From Takakia lepidozioides (taxonomy: Eukaryota > Plantae > Bryophyta): a stretch of DNA of 64,000 nucleotides. Made by a program: the position numbers and the translations under genes. Location: NCBI GenBank assembly GCA_030704615.1, contig CM060732.1:3596001-3660000 (forward strand). Direction: 5' to 3'. The notes under the pieces were generated by a model. That model did no database searches. It was not told the DNA's origin and saw only the letters and a list, made by a program, of their open reading frames with translations. How positions within the stretch are numbered: position 1 is the stretch's first letter; each line of letters starts with the position of its first letter. This document shows positions 24,150 to 36,821 of the stretch, piece after piece.

Positions 24150-25490
24150 GCAGAAGATGCAATCGCGATTTCTGAGTTATTCCAGTGGGGATCATTGGGT
24201 CTTACCTTCAGTGCCACCTCATATGTACCTATATGATGCAAATGTTATGATGCAGAAGGATTCCCAACTTCGTTCATGGTTTCATTCGGCTTGGAACAAT
24301 TTGACAACACAGAAATTTGGCCCTGACGATATTTTCTTTAAGGGCCATGAGGCATGGAAATACTTGCACTGTTCCCAAGTCATTGGCACACCACTCACCT
24401 ATACGGACAAGGAGTTCAGGGTGTTCACCAATTTTGCCATTAAGAGCTTACAATAGGTTGTACAGTGTAAACTTCCAGACATGGTGGGACCACATTGTAT
24501 GCCCCAACGGATTCCAGTTAGAGTTCGACCATTAAAACACCTGAGGGGCGACGAAGACTCTGATACTATTGTTTCTTCAGCGGACTCTTTTGACATGGCA
24601 GAGGACTACGCAATTCAGATGGCAGAGAAGAAACGACGGGGATCTCCTATGCCTGAGAGGTTACCACGATATCAGCCAAAGGAGGAACTGACATTTCCAG
24701 GTAGTGCTCAATCATCTCCGTCAACCAGTGACAGGACTCGGGCTCGCACACGGAGTCCTTCACGAGACTCTCACCGTCAGAAGGGTGCTCGCTCACAAAT
24801 GTTTGCTAATCCCAAACAGTAAACCGTGAGGACGCGGCTTTTTGAGAGGGGGAGGGGTAAATGTTAGAGGGCTGCTTGGGACTTAGACGCTTTTACGGGT
24901 TCTGTGGGGTACCCTTAATTTTGCGCAGACTGAGACCAACAGGAGCCTTAGGGGTGACAGCAGCGCACTTTAGGGGGGGGGGTTACACAGCCCGACACAG
25001 CCCGTCACAGCCCGACACTGTCCGTCATAGCCAATCACAGCTGACACAGCCCGCCACAGCTTCGCACAGCCAACACAGCCCGACACAGCCCGCCACAGCT
25101 TCGCACAGCCAGTCACAGCCCATCACAGCCAGCCACAGCTCGGCACAGCTTGACACAGCCTGTCACAGTACATGGGGAACAATTATCAATGGCAGGGAAT
25201 GACTGTGAGGGAACGACATCTGCAGAAGGAACGTGATACTTCGGGGATAACGGTTAATTAGTTAGGTGGTTAGAACAGCTTGGGGGGCAGATAAGGAGTG
25301 GCAACGGAAAGAAGGACACTTCACGGGGGAGCGCTTGAGGGTCATGGAGGAGAGGAGATCAGACGGAGAGCAAGAACGAGAGCACGGAGTAGGAGGAGAG
25401 ATGAATAGTAGATGCTTTAATTCATGCAGAGCTGTAGTGATACTGTAGGGTGGATTAGAGTCACTTGACATTGGCCTAGTACCTGATAAA
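24150..25490 (+). mobile_element. 3' end of an LTR retroelement: unknown ORF, polypurine tract, probable LTR
   Basis: GAGAGGGGGAGGGG at 24844-24857 immediately before TGTTAG at 24862; CACAGCCC-rich repeats 24985-25170. The LTR right end is uncertain. Confidence 0.55.
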
Positions 25491-26504
25491 TCGTAATTTG
25501 ATACTTATTCGATACAAGCACACTGTGTAGAGAGACATGAGTGAAGCTGTGAAATGAATGCATGATTAACTGGAACTAAGAAGATACTGCAGCAAACTGA
25601 TGCTTCAGTATTAGATAAGGTAAATTGTTAACATGAAGGCAAGAAGGAATACAAAGGGGAAGCACAACCATGATTCACTAGCTACAGGTCATGACTGATT
25701 GTACTGAGCGGGCTGAGTGCTTAGAGATATCCAACTCTTCTATCTTGGAGTTTCCACCTCGGATAGCGAAGGGATGGGTGAGTAAAAGCCGCTCGACAAG
25801 TGCGGCCAGGTTCACGTGCATTAACTCTCGAACCACTTCTGGCAAACCAAAGCTACCACTGATGCACAAATCCGCCAGACACTTAAATTCACATACGCCC
25901 ATAAACATGGGTCATCAACACAAACACATTTTCTGGCCACATCTCTTTCCATCACCTTACTGCCCATTGTGCTCCACAACCCTTCCAAGCCAAATCCAAC
26001 ACAATGGGAACTTGGTTGAAGGGCATAATCATAGCCGGACTGTACTCCCATGCAACATGAGTCCTAGGTGGGTTAAAAGTAGCATCCCCCCATACCTCTG
26101 GCTGTGGCGGCTGTGGTGTGGCTGTAGCAACAACAGGGTCAGCTACCGGCACAGTCACTTGTTGTGGTATTGATAATACTGGCCCTTCTACCACTGGCAT
26201 CTCATGCACCCCTTGCAAAGAAGACTGAAAAATTAGAGTTTTGGCTTGTAAATAAGTAGCCGTTAGCTGCTCCTCAGGTACAAAGACTCTCTTATCAATA
26301 TTTGAAGTCAGGTCCTCCACCTGAGTCTGCAGGCCGTCTACATCCTCCTGTAGCTTTGCTATCCTACTATAGACATTGTCTATAGAAGTTGTGGCAATGT
26401 TCTGCACCTGCAGTCTGAGCTCATTCATCTCGCCTTGGGTGAGCTTCCGTGGTGCTTTGCCTTCCACCGGCCCTTGTGCTAACCAGACCTGCATAACAAC
26501 GACG

Positions 26505-26700
26505 CAATGGCGTGAGCGTTGCGCATGAGCGCGCGAGCGTACGCTCACGCAGGAGTGACGTGGCGTGAGCGTACGCTCACGCCAGCTGACGTGGCGTGAG
26601 CCTGCACACACGCTAACGTGGCGTGAGCGTCATGTCAGCATGCTGATGTGGCGGTAAATGATGACATGGCACTGTCCGTCATCTGCCACGTCACCATTAA
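26505..26700. repeat. Cluster of GCGTGAGC/GCTCACGC palindromic motifs and G-box-like (ACGTGGC) motifs
   Basis: Perfect palindrome GCGTGAGCGTACGCTCACGC at about 26563-26582 plus several repeats; related motifs at 5200-5262. Confidence 0.7.
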
Positions 26701-27128
26701 CATGCGCCGCCTATAACCGTGGAATTAATGCAGGGAATCTTGCCTAAATAGAATCAAGACGAGCATTGAGGCCTACAATTGCAGCAGCCAACAGTGTGCA
26801 ATTACAAATGCTTGTTTCACTTTTACAATTACGAGGACGACAAAATATCCTCACAAAGTGTGCGCCATAAAGGCTGCCACGGGAAGACCTTCATCCCTCC
26901 TCAATAACAATGAGAGTTAGGATCATCTTTAAAAGATGATTGTAGTGCATAGCGACAGCAAGACATGTAGACTTCGAACGGTGCAATGACAAATGTGCAA
27001 TACCTAAAAGTTGTCACTCAGAGCTGACTCCGTATAGTTGGAGGCCATATCATTGCACAGCCGAGGAATTGATGTGAATTACACATTTCAAATCATGGTC
27101 ATCCACATACCACATTACATAGTTCATG

Positions 27129-30100
27129 CTACCCATGTGTTGTATCCCGCTGCAAAAGAGTATCGACCTTGTTGAAACTCATAGTGGCCTGGTGAATGAA
27201 GTTGTCACGTTTGGGATCGCAAACCATCCTCCTCAAAAATATGAAATACAAATGTTTGCAGGGTATGAATTTACCTCTCTTGCCCAAACTGGTTGATATC
27301 ATATTCACAAAATCAGGACATGTGCAATTGGGGAAATTGGAAACCGTGATGTCGTAGGTCCTGTCATGAACAACAGATGTGGAAGTGATGATTGTGAATA
27401 CCCGACCATATCCTGGATCGGGTACTTCCGTGGTGCTTCCAACACGAGCTTGGAGCATTCTTGCGGACTCCACTTTGCCAAAGTGTTCAGCGGTTGGAGG
27501 GAAACGCCGAACGAGCTTTCCATCTCGTTTGGTTGGCCACAAGTCAGGATTTGCCGGGGGGACCCGGGAGGACGCAGAAGTAGTAGCACATGCATGGAGT
27601 TGGGGTTGTCTCGCAAGGGAAAAACCTGCCTCCTCCAGCATTTCAATCTCTTGAAAGCTGAGATGTGTTCCCACCTTCACGGGCCAAACGGTTGGAGGAG
27701 TTGGCTTCATCACTACGGAAGGACGCACAATTCCATGCACACATCTGGCACAATCATCTGCGCAGAACCAGAACTTGTGGTTCTTGGCTTCTGGTTGACC
27801 GTATGGACGCATCAAGCCCGTGAAAGTCGGAGCAGGAGTTCGGGCACCACCTCTGGATATAGATGAAGTGCACTTCTCGAAATTAGTTGCCCTGATCGCT
27901 GTACATTTCACACGAGACCCTACACTTGTGCGTTCTATGTGCCAAACGTGGTCGGGGCATGCGGGCTCAAGCACATCAAGGGGGTTGTTTCTCTCCTGCA
28001 CCATTTCAGTGGCACTGTTTGATGCTGGAGCTTGCCGTCGTGTTGGAGGTTCTTCCGGACATGGAGTTGTCATGCAGGGGAATACGAGGCTTCGAGAAGT
28101 TATCACGGTCTGCCCTGTGGGAATCTGAATCCGAACCAGGTGGAGTGTTCAATTTCCTCTTACAGGAGCCGAATCTCTCCTCCCCTTCAAGATGTGGAAC
28201 TCTAGAAACAAGTGGCGTTCCCTGGGCATACATGCTCACGGCCCGTGCTATCTTGATTGGATCCCCAGATCTGTTTGCAGCATGCAACATCAACTCCCAT
28301 TTGTCCGGACCCTTGCCACCAACCCCACCTCGTAAGAAATCACGGTATCGGGTTTGTTGTTGCAAGGCACGTATCAAATCATCTGTTGTTGCCACATACA
28401 AATCCTGACCTCGTTTCCCAGACTGCTGCAACCATGCGTTGTGCACAGTTTCTGCCAAATTGCAAGATGGCATGTCCGCCATTTCCTCAATGGACATGTT
28501 CTGCAAAGAGGATAACCACACTTCAGAACAGTGCACAGGAAACAACATAAAGAAAGCAATGAGTCAAAAATATGGAAAGCAAATGTATGAATAAAGCATG
28601 AAATAGAAGCCTCGTACCATTGTCATGGCTGCTCCCCACTGTCTATACCGGAAGTGCCAAAACGCCAGCCAATCTTCCAATGCTCTCATACTCTCAAGTG
28701 ATGCAGCTCCAGAAGAGAACCACCAGGCACGAATTGTCTGGAACAAAGTGTCCGCCTCCTTCATTGTTCTAGCATCTTTGTACTCTTTGCACATTTTACG
28801 ATGTTGAGTCTGCATCTCTGGTTTGATGTCCGACTTTGTATGTTTTTCCAGAGATTGTGTCCAATGGAACAGACATGTACGCTCTCTTCCTGGCATAGGC
28901 ACTTTTGGGTCGCCCGATCCGAAGACAATACGAACAGCATTGAAATTTGCTTGAGCACTATCCGCCATGAAACCTGCGAAATTTGGAGATGGCAGCCCAT
29001 GGCAGCCCATGACATGTATCAGGGAATTCCACATGAGCTTCTGGGATTCCGTATCCTCGGATTGCATGTCACAAACTGCAATTGTCATAACTCGTTGGTA
29101 CACTGGATCGTAGACATGACAAGCCATTGTCGTCCAATCCTTCACTCGTTTCACATGATCAAACATAAGAAAACAGTTCTGCAAGTCCCCAGTCTTCTGC
29201 ATCCGCTTCACGAGGCTAACCCCACTGCCCTCCCCAACAGTCGACATTTTGAAAAGAAAAACTTTGATGGCACCTTGACCTGGGAATACATTGTCCTGGA
29301 TGTAATCGTACTTGCTCACTCGTTTCAATTCCAAAATATTGTCTATGTAGCCTCTGATCCCAGAGCCCATTCTCAATGCATTGATCTGATGCCGAATGTT
29401 AGGTGAACTTAAAGTGGAGAAATGATCCATGACCAGGTCCAATGCTGCACCGTCAAGTTTAGTCCCCACAGAATCTCCTTCACTCAAAATATGGCTTTCC
29501 AAGAAGGACTTGCTTGCGCCAAGAGCAATTGCAGATGTTGTTGCGGATGGGTTTCTCCCGAACTCCTGTTTGATCAACCTCGATACTGTCTCAACACTCT
29601 CCCTGTAATCCTCCTTCGAGACAGGATGGTTATGGAATCCAAAATGCACACAAGCTCTCGTCATTCAAACGGTGGACAACATAGTACATTCTTGCTCCGC
29701 AGAGCACCAAACATGATGGCACAAGTTTGCAGAATTTGCAGACGAAAGTGTTTGCCGGTGGAGGGGCAGTCCCAGGCTGAAATGGATTTTCTGCCAGACC
29801 CTCCCATTCGCTTTGATTATGAACCCCAGACTGAAGAAAGTGTCTGCAATTCAAATTATCACACCTAAGGTGTCCATTGCAAACTGTCCTCCTGAAAACA
29901 AGCTTGTCATCATTCTGAATATTGGATGTTTTTGTTCTGCACCACGGGTGCCCGTCGTGTTTCTTGTCCATTCCATGCATCATGATTGTTACACCTCCAA
30001 CTCGCGGAGGAGGAGGCAGCTCGAATAGGATATCGCCATCAAGAGTCTCCGGCAAGAACTTCACAGGCACCTGCTTCAAAGATTCCCAATCAATTCCCCG

Positions 30101-30625
30101 CAACTCACTTTTGAATCCAGCCATTCCTCCCATCGCCCGCAATTTTGGAATGACACTACAAATCTCTTCTTCATCAGCTTCTCCAACCACAGTGGGAAGG
30201 ATTGGATTTGGAATTTCACTTATGTCATCATCGGAAGAATCCGAAAGCTCAACGATTGGAGTGAAGGACGTCTGTTCTTTTTTCACCACCACCTCCCTCT
30301 TGTCTTCAACGACCGAAGCAGCAGTCCCGGGCGTCACATATGACCCAAGGGACTTTCGCCGAGGCTCTCCAAGTACTCTGTATCGACCAGGACGCACTCT
30401 CCACTGGCTGATATGAGCCGTCTCATCACGGTTTTGGAAAGAATATTTCACCAACTTCCCTTTAAGATCGTACACCTCTTTCTCCAAAAAGATGGAGCCA
30501 TTCTGCAGCTGAAAACGGGTAGCCAAGACATGTTCCAGAACAATTGCAAATCCATTGTCAAGGACTTCCTGGGAGAACGGCACTAGTTTGTCGTCAGAGA
30601 AGAACTCCGCTTCAGAGGAAGCCAT
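27129..30625 (-). pseudogene. Full-length Mutator-type transposase: GCM-like Zn domain, DDE, SWIM (copy 3; 2 frameshifts, 1 intron)
   Basis: DGHPWCRTKTSN, CNGHLRCDNLNC, CKFC..C, HFGFHNHP; MFDHVKRV, FMADSAQAN, CLFHW, NLAETVHN; CTCPDF..PCKH. Frameshifts near 29660 and 28100; intron about 28617-28501. Confidence 0.88.
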
Positions 30626-32945
30626 CTTCCTTCCTCGCGTACGTTTGTACCTTGCTATCGCAGATCTAGTGTTAATCGGTTTACTGCTGTCTCCAGAACA
30701 CGGTTGAAGAATGAGCAGAGAATATGGCGGAGGAAGCTCAGATAACGACTGTGCATATTATGTTATTCTTTCCAGATATGCAGCCGTCCATTTTAATTAC
30801 TTTTCTTGTGGGCCCAGTGGTCAGAGTATCCCTAGGTGCAGTGTCGGCAGCTGTAAAACCGTTAACCAGAACCTCATCAATAAACCCAACAACAAAGCCG
30901 ACTTCCTGGAAGCATGTCATTCAAGGTCAGATGGTGGGTTCAGCTGCAACATATGTCCAACACCAGATATCCTAAGTTAATCGACTCTATATCTTGGAAA
31001 TAGGACCGCCCTGTCAAACAGGGTGAGCCCTGGGAGAAGAGAGTAAAAGAGATTCTCAAGGATCTGAATCTGGACCCGCAAGTCTTGACCTTGCTGGATA
31101 AAACTGACTTAGAGAGTGTAGTGTCTAAAGCCATGTCTGTTACCTGAAAATTGTCCGATGAAAATAAAGTTAGGAAGAAAACTTCCCTGAACCTGTTTCC
31201 AAGTCTGTGATATGGGGGAGGACATCATGGATGCGCTCAAGGGTCTATCCCACTCTTGGCACCATACCTAAATTTAAAGTCAGGGCAGGAAGACTACCTT
31301 TGAACAATAAACAGAAGCAGAGAGGAAAGGGAGAGTGAAATTTCCCTGACGTACCTCTGCTGCTACTGGTGCTTGAAACGAGCTGGCGTGGCGAGCTGCT
31401 GCGGTGCTGTCGCGGCTGCTAGCGGCGCGGGTCCCCGCAGCTGCAGGGCGTCTCTCCCCCGCTCACCACGGCTCTCTCTCTCTTCAGCTCGTTAGAGCGC
31501 ACCTCTGCGCGGCGTTCCTACCACACAGGGGAGAGAGACATCAGTCCGTGCTTAGGGCAAGAAAAAAAGACAGAAAGTGAGGGAGGAGGCAGTGCTTACC
31601 TTGGGCGTTGGAGCGGCGTTGGGGCAAACTCCTTGGGGCCTTGCGACCACCTTGGGCTCAGCAGCAGGTGCGTTTCTCCTCCACCCTAAACCCCACTCTC
31701 TGAACTACCTCTCTCCCAAAGAACAAACGAAAAAGGGAGGGGAAAGAGATGCTTCAAGCACTTAGGGAAAAAAAAATGCGCGGCGCCCACGTGCGACGCC
31801 CGGCCGTCGCACGCCTGCGCCCGCCCTTTTTTTGAAATGTAAAAGTGAAGTTTGCGACGGCTGGCCGTCGTTTCTTGCGACCCCTGGCCATAAATATAAA
31901 AAAACACGTCGCCCCCCGCGACGACTGTCCGTCACGGGGTGCGACCCCCAGGTAAAAAACAAAAAAAAACTCATCGTCCAATGTGACGCCAGGGTGTCGC
32001 AGGAGGCGACGGCCGGCCTTTATGGATTTAGGGTTTAGGGCCTTTTGGGTTTCTTAGTTTTTATTTTATTTATTTATTTTTTCGTATGGTACTGGGTTAG
32101 GGTGTTTGCTTTTCTTTATGGTGCTGGGTTTTGGATTGGCGGTTTTGGTTGTGGGTTTGGGGTTAAAAGGATAAACGGTGTAATTAGGATTCACATACCC
32201 AAAATGTGGTTCAATCTGATAATCGCAAAGCGCTGGGTCTCAACAAATTTTTCCATAGTGTGAGCATCCTGAAGATAGAACGAGATGAAGGATTTATTGT
32301 CTTGGGCTCTAGCACCATAGGGATGTTTCGCCTTTGGTTACCAATTTTGAAAGCCCCGAGGCTGAGGCATAGGGTTTTTTTGCCAACGCTTTTTGAGAAA
32401 TGAAAGTGTTGGTGGTGTGTGTTAATTAGGATGGGATGGTGAGGAAACATCGACCCGTCTCCCTCGAGGATGGGGAGGTAGTACCACATATCGATTGTGG
32501 CCCTAGAGCGACCATTTTTCGTGGCGAGGTAGCACCCATTGCACCTGATCCAATACAGGCTGCCGGGCACAATTGTAGAAGGGACCGGGGCCAATTTTCA
32601 GGTGATGCGGAGGATGTTAACACTCCGGAATTGAGTCGGACGCGCCGCGGGTTGCCCCCTCGCGGGCCACCCCGTCCAACCACGTCCACCTTTGACCCCC
32701 CCCGACAGGATTGAGTGTTGGTGCACTAAGTGTTGGGAACGGATACCGTCGGGCGGCACTAGACCACCGAGGCGGCGACTGCATGTTGTCGAAAAACATT
32801 ACAAGAAGAACAAGATTGCGGATGCGGCAAATATGAGTGTTTTTCCCACCCCTCTCATTAACATTCATTCAAGGTACATTTAGGTTTATCTAATAATATA
32901 GTATGATTGATAAGCATACATGAATCAAAATTACGACATAAGTAT

Positions 32946-34195
32946 TGATGCGTCGTTCACTACGCACATTGTAGCCACAACTTGATGCCCAAGCTCGTAA
33001 TCACATTGTACAGGAGGCATTTCGCGCCGGTCTACTTGCAGAATTTGTACCAGAGCATGTGCCCGATGTGACCAGTTGGTTCCCCCAGCAGCACGTAGAT
33101 GAGATGCGTAGGGTCGAGGGGTATCGTAGGTGTTGTAGGTGTTATGGTCGGCAACGAGCAGCCCTCCCGCCGCCCCCTCCAGTTTCCTCAGGTGGTCCCC
33201 CTGATTGTGGCCTCCCCCCCCCCCCCCGTCTGTTTCTTTGCCTGATCCGGACGTTGTACCCCCGGCTGCACCTCCGACATTACATCCTCAACCACCTCCA
33301 CTTTCATCTCCTCCGCCAGCAGTACCACCTCCACCTCCACCACCACCACCACCACCACCTCCACCTCCACCACCACCACCACCACCACCACCACCACCTC
33401 CACCTCCACCTCCACCTCCACGTGCATGTGCCCCCCGAACCCCTAGGAGGGGTCGGATTCGCCCTAGGTTTCCTCCCCTTCGGCTTGGGCGGCCTGAACC
33501 GGATCCTCGCCCCCAATGGGAAGCGCATATGACTATGTTACTGAGGACCGTCCAGCCTCGTTGTTGGGGGGAATCATCTTGACCCTCCCACCCCCATCCG
33601 AGAAAATGTGGAGTTCGAGTATTGGAGGAGACGGTATGTTGTGAGAGCCGCTACTGACCTTGCTATGGGTCGGGGTTTATTCACGGTCAATGATATTGTG
33701 GTTCCTCCTCGGAGAAACAGCATGGTGGACTTGTTTCCCTACTACGGTCCATACTACACCTCCGCGGAGTTCCGTACATTATGCCTCGAAGCCCCATACA
33801 TTCTACCCTACATTTTGTGTGTCAACGGACAGGATGTACGTAGACGGGGGTTGTCTCCCATTGAGATCAGATTTTGTGATGGTGACCCTGACATCTTCGG
33901 CAATGTTGCTGGGCCGGTCAATAGTTCTTTTGGTCATCCTAGGAGAACCAATGTAGTATGGGACGAGCGAAGCGATGGGCATGAGAGCTTTTGTGGTCAT
34001 ACGTCAATATACTGTGAGGGGATGCACATGTTTGTGATGACATGTGCTAGTAGGTCTATTAGGACTGGCAGCGAACTATTTGCATCATACGAGTTCTCCC
34101 TGGATGATTGGGACCTCCGATTACAACGTGAGTGGGATGTATATGATAGAAATAGGGTTCATTTGAGACATGGATCGCGTAGAGGGGCATTGTAG
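32946..34195 (+). pseudogene. SET-domain gene copy B (frameshifted; expanded poly-Pro)
   Basis: ORF 33608-34195 has MGRGLF, VNSSFGHPRRTN, IRTGSELFASY; (CCA/CCT)n tract 33320-33420; homologous to 17953-19101. Confidence 0.8.
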
Positions 34196-35192
34196 ATATT
34201 CTCATGATGTACTTTGTATACATCCGATTAATCGATTGATGTAAATTTCTTTTCTTGTTGCTCGTGTGGGTTGCAACTTTGCATATGTGATCTAAACATA
34301 CTTATGCACATGTGGACCAAATATGAGCTTGAACCAAGTTGATTCAATGGGTCATTCTAGTGTTGAACGCAGCTACGTGTCATAGAGACGGAAAATTGTG
34401 TTTCGCCTGCAGATGATTTTTTTATTATTCCATTTCCAAGCCATATGCTTAATGAAAGCATATGTAATGTGCGTGCAAAATTTGGGAGTAAACAAAAGTC
34501 ATTTGGACCCATAACCAGATTTTGTTCTCTCATTTGTACTCCAAAGTTGAATTATCTTCAACTTCGTGCACTCTTCATAGGAGAGTTCTGCAAAAGTGAC
34601 CCTAGAAACACACTTATTTTTTTTCCCTTTTTTTTTTGTCCCATTTTTTGCATGAATGTAGTGGTGCAAAGCCCGATGTCACAAAACAAAATAGAGTTCA
34701 AAATAAAATCATTACGCCCCTCAAAACCGCAATAATATATTTTCTAAATGCAAATATTTATTTTAAATTCGATTTAATTCAAAATTGGTGCAAGGGTGAG
34801 TGCGTCGTTGGGGAGGCAATTTTTTATTTATTTATTTATTTATTTATTTTTTCCCCCCTGCTGGATCTTTGTACATGTGTTGCACACATATTTAAGCACA
34901 TGTAGGAAAAAATGAAGCTTGAGCCACATCCGTTTGTTGGGTGCAATGGCATGAGAGGATTTTCTTTCACATTAATAAACAAAAATTGGTTGATAGGGTG
35001 AATGGGGGGGCAAATGATTTTGTTTGGGTTTGAAACTTTGCATGCGTGTACGTTGCGCACATACATGTAATTATTGAATGACATATTTGATGCACACACA
35101 CATTGAAGGTTGTTGTTTGCATTTCGCTTATAATGAAGTGTATGGTTACAAGGACACATTATAATATATGTCCCTCTGTTCATTTGTTCGTA

Positions 35193-36821
35193 TCAGGACT
35201 TTGTCCATCCCTTCCCGGTCTTTTCTCTTGGCACCCCATCCGAAAACAACCCAAGTACATCAGGCGGGAGCCGTGGGCGAGACGCCGCCCCCACAGTACC
35301 GGACGATAATGACGATGACAGTGATAGTGACAGTGACAACAACAATGAGCATGGAATTAACCAGGAGGATGTGCAAGCCATGGAGGATCTCTTAATGCAT
35401 CATGTGGGCGCTGATGCATCCCATGAAGAGGGAACCCGGCCAATCTATGATCCTGAAATGGCCCCCTCAAATGACATGAAGAGGGAGGCGAGAACTCCCT
35501 TGTACGAAGGGGCGAATTTGAGTCGACTTTCAACAATCTTACTTTTGCTCAATCTTCAAATTCAATTTGGCATAAGTAATGTTGGGATGTCTGCCATAAT
35601 GCGAACTATTGCAGACTATATCTTTTCTCTACACTTGAAACCCAAGATGCCACGGTCGCGGAAAGAGGCGCGCGAAGTCTTGGACTCTGTGGGGATGGGC
35701 TATAAGATTTTTCATGCATGTCCATGTGATAAAACCCTATATTACGGAGAGGATTCGCATCTCACCAAGTGCCCAAAGTGCAAGAAAGACCGATATTGGG
35801 ATGATGTCCAAGGGAAAAAAGTACCACGCAAGGTATAAGCACCATTCCCTCTCGCATGGAGATTATTAGAGAGTAGTACTCATGCAAGATCTGATTGTGG
35901 TTTTGGAAGAAGTGAGTGAGGAGTGGAAGGAGCGACGTTTGGTTTTGACCATTCACACCCAAATGAGGGAGAAGCTGCATAAAGGGAAAGACATAAAGGT
36001 GTTGTATTATGTGTGCTAATGGGATGATTACATGTGGGGGGCGTGGGGTATTTCATCCTAGAAAATGCATTACTTTCTGATCATCCCGCGATTGAGGGCA
36101 CGCCTCGCATCGAAGCCCCCCGGGAAAGGTGTGCGGGCCACAAGATTCACAAGCATGGAGGCATATTGAAGAGATGTGGCATTTTCTCTTGGAGGACCCA
36201 CGACATGTCCACCTCGGCTTCTCCTCGGTGCATACCAAATGTGCAATATCACATGCATGCATAGGGATATTGACGGTGTTTTTGTGGAATATGTACCGCC
36301 CAATATGACAACTCATGACTACCACAATATATTGCAAGACATCTTGCCCATTGCAGTACGTGGGACATTGACTCCCGAGGTTCGTGAGACAATCTATAGA
36401 TTGGGAGGCATGTTCCGGTGGATTTGCTCCAAAGAGTTGGAAGAAGCAAATTTTCCACGCATGAAGAAGGAGGCGGCGGAGGTAATGTGTATGTTGGAGA
36501 TGCACCTTCCTCCCTCCTTCTTTGACATCCAAGTGCACTTGGTAGTGCACTTAGTGGAAGAGGCTTCGATTGCCGGCCCCGTTCATTCTCGGTGGATGTA
36601 CTTCCTTGAACGTTATATGAAGACTTTGAAAAGATTTGTAAGACAAATGACGCAACCGGAGGGTAGCATGGCGGAGGGGTATACGTTGCAAGAAGCTATG
36701 TTCTATTGCACGGAGTACATGGCAAGGGTAGATGAGGAATCCCCTCGGATGTGGAAGGAAGAGGAGGATGCACGAACCAAGGACATCGTTTTGCCCAAAA
36801 AATCGAAGAGGGTAAAATTGC
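35193..36821 (+). pseudogene. CACTA Tnp2 transposase copy B, 5' part with internal deletions
   Basis: Near-identical peptides to copy A up to KKSKRVKL, where it abuts Gypsy DNMT sequence. Confidence 0.9.

Larger units (their letters stand above)
31350..36821 (+). mobile_element. CACTA element copy B, left and central part (divergent leader, SET gene, Tnp2 5' part)
   Basis: 32330-34772 is an inverted homolog of 17291-19760; 35049-36821 is a direct homolog of 5268-8646 with deletions. Confidence 0.85.

Noticed and set aside
25952-26611. Gag-like coiled-coil ORF
   Set aside because: Plausible but no diagnostic motif; not called.
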